Shown here one piece after another: positions 13,901 through 23,381 of a DNA stretch of 33,038 nucleotides. Each line of letters opens with the position of its first letter. Position 1 is the first letter of the stretch. The DNA lies in contig ML002414.1 in the NCBI GenBank assembly GCA_003614675.1, positions 1 to 33,038 on the forward strand. Direction: 5' to 3'. The DNA is from Dimargaris cristalligena (Eukaryota). The notes beneath the pieces were generated by a model. The model did no database searches. It was not told the origin of the DNA and saw only the letters and a program-made list of their open reading frames with translations. Position numbers and translations under genes: made by a program.

Positions 13901-15473
13901 GAGTGTATGTGCGGTGAATGTGGGCCCTATCTTTAGGGTGGACTAGCCAATGATCGATTGGGATAGGCAGCCAAGTTTCGGTTGGTGGATAGTCCTTGGT
14001 CGAGGGTTACGCTGTGACAGGGCTGTCCTAGACCAGAACGAACGAATAGCCAACCAGTCCCCGAAGGCGGTATTCTTGGACTTAAAGAGACCGGCGACTG
14101 CTGTTACTCCACCCACATAACTCTTCCCCCCTCCCTCCCACTCACCAGTTGAAGGAGGGGGAGGCGGCAAATTCAAGCTCAGCGACCTTTTCGCGCTCAG
14201 GTGGGTCACGCCCCCCCCCCGCTTGGCCTCTCTCTCGAAGGAATACCAATGAAATCACTTTGATTTCGAAAATCTGTATTCTTTTCAATATTGTATTGGC
14301 CTGTAGACGCCATCGACTGGCCATGAGTAGCGCGTGCTGTGGGTTGTTCATGAACGCGAAGGGCTGACATGTGGACCAGCCATGTCCCCTAAACGGGAAG
14401 GGCAATGCATTTTGGGGGGTTAACGGACGGAGTCCCAAAAAAGTCGCTAAACAGCTTTGCGATGTTTACCAAAAGCTATCCGAACTGCTGGTCTAGTGGC
14501 TGTGTCACCTAGCGACACCCCCCCCCCTCTCATCGCCGTTTCCATTTCATTTTACAGTACCAAAACTGGTCATTGATCCACAGGCCTTAATATACCCACC
14601 ACTAAGAGGAATACGGCTTTGCGTCTGACGCACGGAAAGACACTAAAGGAGGCCAAGTCGGGTGGGTCTTATTGTGCGGTGACTTCCCCAATTTACTTGT
14701 TTTCCCCAACTTTCCACCACCACCCTCCTCCTCTATACCCATTTATTTAACTAAACCAACCATTATCTATATGTTATGCACTGTTCAAGCTGGGTTTAAC
14801 AGCCGCGATCCGGATTGTCGCTGGGGATGCAACATATGCACCTCGACAGTCAGCCCAATCGCAGGGGGGAGAGAAGGAGGGGGTGAAAGGAGGTAGGAGA
14901 AGTAAACGATACAAAACTTTGAGTACAGCAATAGTGGGTGATGCGAGCGAAGATCGCGCACACTGTGACTGATATCCGACAACCTTAAGTTCGTCATAAG
15001 CCAGTAGAATGCATTATAGATACGTCTGCAGAAGTATTGCACCTCTTCGCCTCGCCTCCCATGTAATCCACCTCCTCGCATATCCCTGTCAACCGCACTA
15101 GGTTCGTTTAGTTCAGGATCTATTGAAGTGGTCACTAGCTGGATTAACCGTGGGGTTAGTTGGAGCAGACGCCTGGCGCACCAATTACTGGGGCTGACCT
15201 ACAGCACTTTCAAATCAACTCATGCCCATCATCTCCACTTCAACGGTTCGTAGGTAAACAGCGTGACGCTCTTCCTCATTCAAAGTAGATACCATTAATG
15301 TAAACGCCAACCACTAGTGCAGCTTGTAGAATTGGTCACCTGAATGTCGGTCTTCAACACCAGCAACCAATGTCTATTCGCTCACATACGATGATGGGCT
15401 GGGCGATTAATATGATCGCATTGCTTTGGCGAACCAATTCTCATTTGTATTTTTAGGGCAATAGTCACCCTTT

Positions 15474-15516
15474 CTCACTCTCTCTCTCTCTAGAGCGAGA
15501 GTGAATGAGTGAGTGA
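15474..15516. repeat. CT-repeat abutting an imperfect GA/GAGT repeat (quasi-palindrome centred on TCTAGA)
   Basis: CTCACTCTCTCTCTCTCTAGAGCGAGAGTGAATGAGTGAGTGA; TCACTCTC (15475-15482) is the reverse complement of GAGAGTGA (15497-15504). Confidence 0.7.
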
Positions 15517-18500
15517 GCGGAAATATGGGGGATATGTTGAGAGGGAGGGGCGGTGCTGGCTGGCCTTTTTACCGACCTTATCCATCTCGCCCTTGGTCCT
15601 TTGTGGTCTCCTTCTCTTTCCCATTCGAGGTCTAAATAGGAAGGCCCCCGAGTATTAACTGAATAAACGAATGGATCGGATCTGACCAGTTAGCGTTCGA
15701 AGATTACGAATTCTTGGTTGTAGAGCGGAACTGGGATAGGCCGGTTGAATAAGAGGACCTCAGCCAACATGGAAGGTAGTGGAGGGGGGGCCATATAGAC
15801 CGCCGGCTACAACTGATAAAGAGTCCCCCAACTAGCTCGCAGTGTTAATACTCCCCCCGCACCCTCAATAGGGGCAATTCCCCCTAGCTCCACCTTTAGA
15901 GAGAGATGGAGGAGGGTTAAGCCCTTTTCACTGCACCTCTACCGAGACCTACTGGCTTTCCTTTCACCCCGTTCCTCTCGATAGTCGCCAGTTTTTTAAA
16001 AAACCAAAATGGGCGCATGTAATATAATAAACACAATGCAAACTGTATATTTATGGGTGTTGCTCCGTACCGAGTGACGCGACGGCCCACTTCAAAGTCC
16101 ATTTTCGCCAACTTAATGGCCCTCCAGATCGAGTAATAGAGCATTCACGTCCATATACACCCATACACACATACATACATAAAACCATACACCAATGCTA
16201 CTACTACTACTTACTCTAACCACGATGACTGGTCACAGTGTTAGTGGGCGCAATAAATGATTTACACGGCCACACTCAACCACTACCACCACATTACCTA
16301 GACCACTATCGGGCCCAGTAGTATGTGGGGGGAAAGAGGGCCTTGCTGAAGATGATGCTACTTGCCAAAGTGAAATAGGTTCTGAGACAGTCGGTGGGGG
16401 TGAAGCTCGCCCTTGAATAGAGCCAGTGGGGTACCCTTTTCCTGCTCAGTTGACTAGGGCCTATCCCCCCAGTAGGAGGTTTCAGATAGTGGGAGGGCGG
16501 CGGAAGTTTCAAAGTGAATGGGAGTGAGTGGTAAGAGCGTGTTTAGGGATATGTTGACTATATTTTTTACTTTCCTTACTTGGCGATTCCTCGCCCTTTA
16601 GAGTTTTATTCAGCAAATGTAGGAGAAGCGGATTCCAAGGCCTAGATTGAGCACTGTGCAAGGCGGAGAGAGCTGCGGGTGCGGGTGTATGGGGGGGTGT
16701 ATAGGAGAAGTGTGTAGAAAGAGGGGTGTTGTGTGTGGGTCTCGTTGACTCCTGCCAACTGAACATTTAGCGAAACTATATATCCTTCCTGCCCCTCTGA
16801 CAGCTGTCCAAGAATGGTAAGCGGGATTTGGGAGTCGAAGCGTGCGTAGTAGCGAGTCAATGTATGTGGACGCCTGGCACTCCCCCTCCCTTGGGGTGTG
16901 TATGTGTAGGTTCACAGCAATAGGCGTGAGGGGGCTATGGAGTATAGAATACATGGTTCAAAGGCAGAAGTACCAAAAAACCACTAGAGAAAATTCGTTT
17001 CTCGTGGAGGGGGGAAGCAACAGTATCAGCCACATAGACCCCATCAGTTAAACAGGGGGCGGGTGGGTTCTCTGGGCATTTCTGGCATTTTCGGCCTTCT
17101 TATGAGGCACCCTGCGTTACTTCTACAGTGGCCAGTCCAGGCGTTCTTTCCTACGTATTTAGTAGTAGTACTTTTATCTCATTACCCCAGCACCACTTCC
17201 AATCTCATACTTTCCTAATCATACTTACATTACTTATCTATTGGGCCAATATTAATAGTGGCCCCACCGATCCACCAATTTGGTGGCCGATAAGTGAGAT
17301 ATATAAAATCGCCAACCCCGGCGAATGGTACGGTAGACGAGAGGGTAAATAATATACGTCTTTGCCGTTGTGGTGGTCCCAAACCAAAGGTAGGAGGGGA
17401 TAGGGTGAAGGGATGGAAGCCATGTAAGACATAACCAATCATTAGGTATTATTAAAGAAAAGCCACGACCACTGTTATCTATGAGCCATTTCAATATGCC
17501 TATGAGAGAGGTACGCAAAGTATTTCATCGCATTGGACCTTGGTGGCCCCATAACCCCATTCAAAGGAGACTGCCATAAACAAGTCCGGGGGGAACCCTC
17601 CTCCTCTCCTTCATTGAGGAGGAGAGGGATTGTGTAGGAGGAGTCCATTAATTTTAGCCCGGGTAACTGTACTCTGGGGTTGGTTAACCAAATCAAAGAG
17701 CCGAAGGGCGCAAAGAGCCAACTACACCCGCTGGGGTCGTCGTCCCTCATTTATTAGGAATGGTGGAGAGGTTGTATTATATACGAAGAGCGAAGTTGAC
17801 AATGGCGACAATGCCCCCCCCCCCTTGCCCATGGAAAGGGGGTCCGACCGCGTTGTCCATAATTCGAGCCTCAAACGTGCCTACTTTCCACCACCGCTCA
17901 CCACTTGCTCCTTTTTAATGATTGAGAGTATTGTGGTCATAAATATATATATATCCCCCCTACTCTTTTTCATAATATCACCACCTCACTTCATCGTCAC
18001 AGCAGGTGCGCATTCTCCTCTCTATTCCAGTCTGCTCTATTTGTAAGACTATCAGTAGACTAGCATTAAACACGGTGTGCCCCTGAGGCCACCTATTCAC
18101 TCTATTACCAATGGCTCGAATCATACACACGTTGCCAACTATCGTTCACCCTGATCGTAATGTGACAATGCAATAGGAGATCTGGAGGGTGTAGTGAATG
18201 CACAGGTGCGAATACTTCACCCCAGGGGCCAGTGAATTTGGTCCAAGAAAGTAGCGTCAGACTCTATAGATATTGAGGGTGAATAAGATGGATATATCCT
18301 GTAATGCTTTAGGCGGTATGGTGACGTCTACTAAAGGGGGTGGTATTATATATAGTCTTGTATGGGGGCTGCTGGGTGTGAGTTATACTGCGTACGTTAA
18401 TCGTATAAAAGCAGGTTCTACAAGGTAGTCAAAATGCCACTACCCCTACAAAAACCACCCCCCCCTTTCGTAATGTCGTCGTGGGCCACTTTACGTATTC

Positions 18501-18944
18501 ACCTAATATGATTGTACCGTTGCATATAGCGAGGGACCACTATAGAGGGCATTCATGCTTAAGTTATTATTGGGTCGCTCTAGTAACCTAGTCGGTAGGG
18601 ATCGGGGTATACGCAGTGTTCGCCCCTGGCCGGTGGCGATATTATAGTATAGGTAGCATTTTAAAACGCCAAGTAGAGAGTAGAAATAATATGTGTATGT
18701 GTATATGGAAATGAAGGGGGGGTTGATTATTAGGTATATTTACAATGGTACCTCCATTTGTGTTCATTAGGATAAGAATGACTAACTCGAGGCACTACCG
18801 GTTCACTAATAGGTATTACGGCCCTGAGCGGGGGCGGTCGACGTTGCAGGGATTATTGAGTCGATTATTCTCGACGCGTATCGCAGCAGTAGATAGGCTA
18901 GGCGGTGGTATGGTTATTGTGTAGAGCAGCCCATCATCCACTTA

Positions 18945-19119
18945 CCAATCCTCGGCGAACAAAAGGATAAAAGGCTTTATTAGGATGAGCAAGGCCGAGG
19001 AAAAGACATTACCAATAGGCAGCCGGGTAAATCCTACACAGTCTGGTGAAGAGATGCTAGTTGGTTCCCATCGCCCCGCCGACCAGCCACTCCCATGGCC
19101 AATCAACGACCGGCATTGG
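18945..19119 (+). promoter_or_regulatory. Cluster of four CCAAT boxes upstream of the putative core promoter
   Basis: CCAAT at 18945, 19012 and 19099, ATTGG at 19115, about 400-580 bp upstream of the TATA box. CCAAT is common throughout the window, so function is only inferred. Confidence 0.3.
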
Positions 19120-19521
19120 CAGACCATCATGGACCATGGCCATCAGAAATCGCAGAAGGGAAGGAAGAGTGAGGGAGAGCGAGATAATATATAGGCCCAT
19201 ATTCCCTTTTCCCTATTGTTATTTGATGGAAATATAACTGCCCTGTATAATGTAATGCATTTTACTGTATCCTATAACCCTCTATGCCACCGCATACAGT
19301 CTGTCCTCTCCACTTACGCGCATATACGGGGTTGAACGGTTAGTGGTTGGTTATATGCTGGGTGTGCAACCAAGAGGGGAAGAGGGCCAACGGGTGTATG
19401 GGTGGATTATAATAGCCCACCACCCTAAAAGGACCACCGCCGCATATACACACACCCACACATATATCCACCACACTCGCATACACACCAGGCTACCCTT
19501 TTCCCGTCCCCCCCTGATTTC

Positions 19522-19529
19522 TATATAAA
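19522..19529 (+). promoter_or_regulatory. Putative TATA box of the Sfp1-like gene
   Basis: TATATAAA followed ~25-30 bp later by a long CT-rich tract, typical of fungal core promoters; no ATG between here and the start codon. Confidence 0.55.
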
Positions 19530-19554
19530 CCCAGCCGGTGCCCGCCCTTATACT

Positions 19555-20169
19555 TGCTTCTCTACCCCTTCAGCGGATTGTTGCGTTGGCCCCTCTTTGG
19601 ATTCACCTTTCGTTCTCTCTTTTCTCCTATCCTATCCCTTCCACCCCACCTTCGCCTCGTCGTTGTTGGCTCACCCTCTTCATTCTTTATTTTCTCCTTT
19701 GTATACGAATTGCATAACCACCCTTTCAAGTTTTCGCTTTATTTCTAGTTTTGTGCTAACCATTCCTTCTCCCCCTACCCATCATTTATCTGTGTTTGTA
19801 GTAGCTATTCCAACCTGTTCGTGTTTGTGTGTGTAGTATAATCACTGGCATCCCATTCCGCAATAAACTTCAGCCAAGCCTAAAAGCCCTCGCTGTCTGT
19901 CCCCACTCTTCCGTCTCCCGGTTCAAAGCCAACTTGTTCCCCCCTTTTGTTTCCCACTTTCTCACCCGCTGTGACTAGCTCAATATACACACACGCATCC
20001 CCTTGGCCTCTGTTTCTCGCACAGCCGGCACAGTCCTGTATCATTATCGTCTATATTCTAAAATCATCGGCATTGCACCCCCGGATTAATAATTCCTAGG
20101 CGCATCCATTCACACCTCCCTATTTAAAAGTACAACCCTCCTCCCAAAAAACGCATACACCCTCACAAA
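19555..20169 (+). other. Probable long 5' leader (5' UTR, possibly containing an intron)
   Basis: Pyrimidine-rich, G-poor plus strand; no ATG from 19401 to 20169; ends in a good initiation context CACAAAATGC. The start of the leader is inferred from the TATA position. Confidence 0.45.
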
Positions 20170-21159
20170 ATGCCGGCTCCCATGGCCCTCGCCACTTCCT
20201 TTAAAGACAGTCCTCTGGATCTGTTCGATTTCACATCCGCTTCTGATAGCAGTGGTAGCTGCACACCCACTAATCTGGATGATGACTTCTTCTATCCTCG
20301 TGAGCTTGAAACTACCTTTTGCCGCGATTTCTCTTGCTGCGGCCTCGTACTGGAGGATCTGCATGACCTACTGCAGCACTACGAAGAGTGCCATGTTCGT
20401 CTGGAATCCGACGTCCCTCTGGAAACCCCCGCCCTCTTTGAAGACGGCTGGACCTCCTCCAGTGACTCGGACCCCAGTGCCCACCCCTCCCCCTACCTAA
20501 AAGCCGCCACCGCCGCTTCGTTCATGAAGCACACTGGTGGCGCCTCCCTCTACCCCGAAGAACTCCTGCCCTACCCCCAGGACGAACTCTCCCTGGCCGC
20601 CTTTGATGCTGCCATGCTCAAGGCCGCCTCTGCCCTCTCCATCCCCCCTCGGGAGGCTATGCTTTCGTCCTCGTCCGTGCCCTCCACCCCCACCACCGCC
20701 GTTTCAACCCCTGCCCCTTCGACCCCTGCGTCTACCGCTGCGTCGTCTCCCCGCAAGAAGCGCCCCGCCACTTCCGATGCTGATGTCGCCCCCCGGCCCG
20801 CCAAGAAGGCCGCTGTCTCCCGGAAATCAAAATCCGCTTCCAGCAGTGCCACCTCCTCCGATGCCGAATCTGGTGCCGAAAACGGGGGCAAGCCCGAGGT
20901 GCGCGAGAAGCCCTACCGGTGCCCCATCGAGGGATGCGGCAAGTCCTACAAGAACCCCAATGGCCTCAAATACCACAACCTGCACGGTCATTGCCAAGCG
21001 GGTGCCGATGGCGAAGGCATTCCCCGGCCTTTCACCTGTACTTTCGAGGACTGCAAGAAGACTTACAAGAACCTCAACGGTCTCAAATACCACGTTCAGC
21101 ACACCCACACCCCCAAGGCCCCGGAAGTAGTTGTGGCCCAGGAGGCCATTCAGGTGTAA
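20170..21159 (+). CDS. SFP1: Sfp1-like C2H2 zinc-finger transcription factor (Sfp1/JAZF1 family), 329 aa, single exon
   Basis: N-terminal Sfp1-type motif FCRDFSCCGLVLEDLHDLLQHYEECH (aa 50-75). Two C-terminal fingers, KPYRCPIEGCGKSYKNPNGLKYHNLHGH and RPFTCTFEDCKKTYKNLNGLKYHVQHTH, both carry the family signature YKNxNGLKYH. Strong C-ending codon bias, A at -3, upstream in-frame stop at 20125-20127. True orthology versus paralogy is untested. Confidence 0.92.
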   Translation: MPAPMALATSFKDSPLDLFDFTSASDSSGSCTPTNLDDDFFYPRELETTFCRDFSCCGLVLEDLHDLLQHYEECHVRLESDVPLETPALFEDGWTSSSDSDPSAHPSPYLKAATAASFMKHTGGASLYPEELLPYPQDELSLAAFDAAMLKAASALSIPPREAMLSSSSVPSTPTTAVSTPAPSTPASTAASSPRKKRPATSDADVAPRPAKKAAVSRKSKSASSSATSSDAESGAENGGKPEVREKPYRCPIEGCGKSYKNPNGLKYHNLHGHCQAGADGEGIPRPFTCTFEDCKKTYKNLNGLKYHVQHTHTPKAPEVVVAQEAIQV

Positions 21160-22480
21160 TCACCCCACTTTGGTTGAATTCTACACCTCAGGAAAGGGAG
21201 CCGTGTAAAATAAGCCAGCCAATGTCGGGTATTTTTGATCACTGGGGTTGTTATCATCGTCGACGGCGCGAATCTGGATTACTGTAAACAGGTCTTTGAC
21301 TGACTGGCCCAGCCATCTCCACACTCCCCCACGAGTTTAACCTTACTTATCTCCCCCTATCCCGTGCTTTTGGCGATGTGATCTTATATTTTTTTCACAA
21401 CCCTGCCTTCCTCGCACGACCTTGTGTGCTACCATGGTCAACGGTTGCGGTTTTGTAGACCTCTCCTTTCACCACCAGTAACACAAAGGTTGGTTAGCCG
21501 ACCTCTAGACTTACGTCAACTGGCTGTGAATCTTTCCATCCTGCTGGTGTGTAACTGGAGAGTGTCTGCTCACCCTGACTGATTATCTAATTGCCCTATT
21601 CGGTCGCTGGCCCCTTAATAAGAGGGGTACCCATCCAGCCGATTGCGGGCCGAGTAGTGGCCCCACCCTATTCCGGTGCTTGTGTCCAATTGGTTCCGAT
21701 CATTTGGGATCGCCGGGATGGTTTAGCTGGGGGAAATCATGTCAAGCGTTGACAACTCGATATAGATGGTAGGTGCGTTGGTGTCCCTGCCAACCCCCCT
21801 GTCTTCTAATTCGCCCCTCTCACTTCCCTTCCAACCCCAGTTCAATCGACATTGTGTTGTTGCCCAAACTGTTCTCTGGACAGTCTGTTCATATTCAGTC
21901 TTTCCGGTGCTCTCTTGTATTTGTGCTCATCTTGTAAACCATAGTTCATTTATGAATATTGGTCCGGTTACCTTTAGTCCACCCCTTCCCCCTCATCAGT
22001 TCCCTAATTCTGTGTCGTCTTCCCAAGTTTTGGAATTGGACTCCGTTTCCCAGTTTCGTGCATTATTTTACTATACCCCTGTAAACTCGTGCTATTTGAT
22101 ACATTTCTTCTGTCTTCTTACCCCCAATTGCATCCGCCTCTTTTTTGATCGTGCTATACCTTTAATCGCCAGCTTTTTTAAAAAACCCACTGCTTCTTTG
22201 TTTTTGCACTACCTGGTTTGGCATCTGTACTATGCACTACCGTCACACATTATTCATTTATCCACCTCCTAAAAGTTCGTTTCTCATCCTTTTTATTTTC
22301 TATTATTCTCTGTACCCCTATTGATCTCTCGGGCATTGCCCTAGCATTCTAATATCTGCATATCCCCCCTCTCCTTATTAGGTCCTTTTATTCGGTCAGA
22401 TGCTTTTTTGACTGGTTTGGTATTTTCGTTTGAGACCCATTATTATATTAGCAATAAAATAGTAAATAGTTTGGTAGCTA
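21160..22480 (+). other. Probable long 3' UTR (~1.3 kb)
   Basis: T/C-rich plus-strand bias after the stop, strongest at ~21790-22440 and ending near the AATAAA at 22453; composition changes afterwards. Confidence 0.45.
22453..22458 (+). terminator. Putative polyadenylation signal AATAAA
   Basis: AATAAA preceded by a TA-rich element (TTATTATATTA) at the end of the pyrimidine-biased tract; it is the first AATAAA I found after the stop codon. Confidence 0.5.
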
Positions 22481-23245
22481 CTTTAATCCTTGGTCGGCGA
22501 TTCACTCTTGTCTGGGACTGAAGTAGATTGCTTGGGAAGAAGTGGCATGTATGTGTGGTGCCTAAAGGCGAGATTCCATCAGTTCTTGACCAACTAATTC
22601 GCCCATACCTTAGGTCGCGAATCTCCTAGCATTTTACATTTCGAGATTGGCAGTGGTAGTTACCATGTTTCGTTTAATCTATCACTTCAATTAAAATACA
22701 CTTGGGAAAGATAGATGATGGCCACCGTTATTTTAATGTGATTACACATTTTCCAACGATTGTCCCAGTAGGTTCCTTTTTGGATTGAATATTTTCCAAG
22801 CTGATCTCCAACGGATGAACCTCTCCACCTTTTCTGTCTAAACTAGTAGCCTCCTGCTCTTATTTTCACTAGAAATAAAGCCAATATTCCCAGCAGATAA
22901 ACATCGGATTGCTAATCTGGTCAACTACAGAACATAATCACAGACCCGTCGTGTCTCTGAAGACCACTGAAGATACGCGGGATTCCGGTGGTGAACCCAC
23001 TCCCCTTTTTTAATATTCGAACAGCTTTGCTTAAATTCCATCACTCCCTCACCCCATGTATAAACGACACTTTCATTCTCTCACTCGCGGATGCCATTCA
23101 GCCCCGACACGCATGTACTTTACTGGTCTGTTATACAGTGGTGAATGTGTTAAAGGTAATAAATACAACCCAACCCTCTCACAGAAGGAGTGGACTGAAG
23201 GGGAAAGGAGAAGAAAGGTGAGGTTATATTGGACTGATTCCACAT

Positions 23246-23381
23246 GGGAGAAGTTCATCCAAGCTGTATAACGAAAAATCCATTAGATTCGGCTAATATT
23301 ACTAGTTAAAAATACATTTCCCACATATTTTCCCATACACGTATAATGTAAACCTTTATATGGCTGGGCCGAATTTCACCC
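23246..23381. mobile_element. 136-bp MITE (non-autonomous TIR DNA transposon), copy 1
   Basis: GGGAGAAGTTCA...CGAATTTCACCC with imperfect ~26-bp TIRs; flanked by a perfect 4-bp duplication ACAT (23242-23245, 23382-23385); 124/136 ungapped identity (hand count) to the reverse complement of 30264-30399. Confidence 0.9.

Noticed and set aside
1223..19836. Numerous 60-183 aa ORFs upstream of the gene
   Set aside because: No recognisable domains or codon bias like the real CDS; many start at TTG/GTG/CTG. Short-exon spliced genes cannot be fully excluded without RNA data.
20110..21287. Several ORFs overlapping the SFP1-like CDS (e.g. 20537-21130 +, 20571-20891 -, 20919-21287 +)
   Set aside because: Expected shadows of a GC-rich, C-ending-codon gene; low-complexity translations with no motifs.
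21766..22272. 168-aa hydrophobic ORF downstream of the gene
   Set aside because: It lies in the T/C-rich putative 3' UTR, whose composition suppresses stops and yields F/L/S/P-rich translations.
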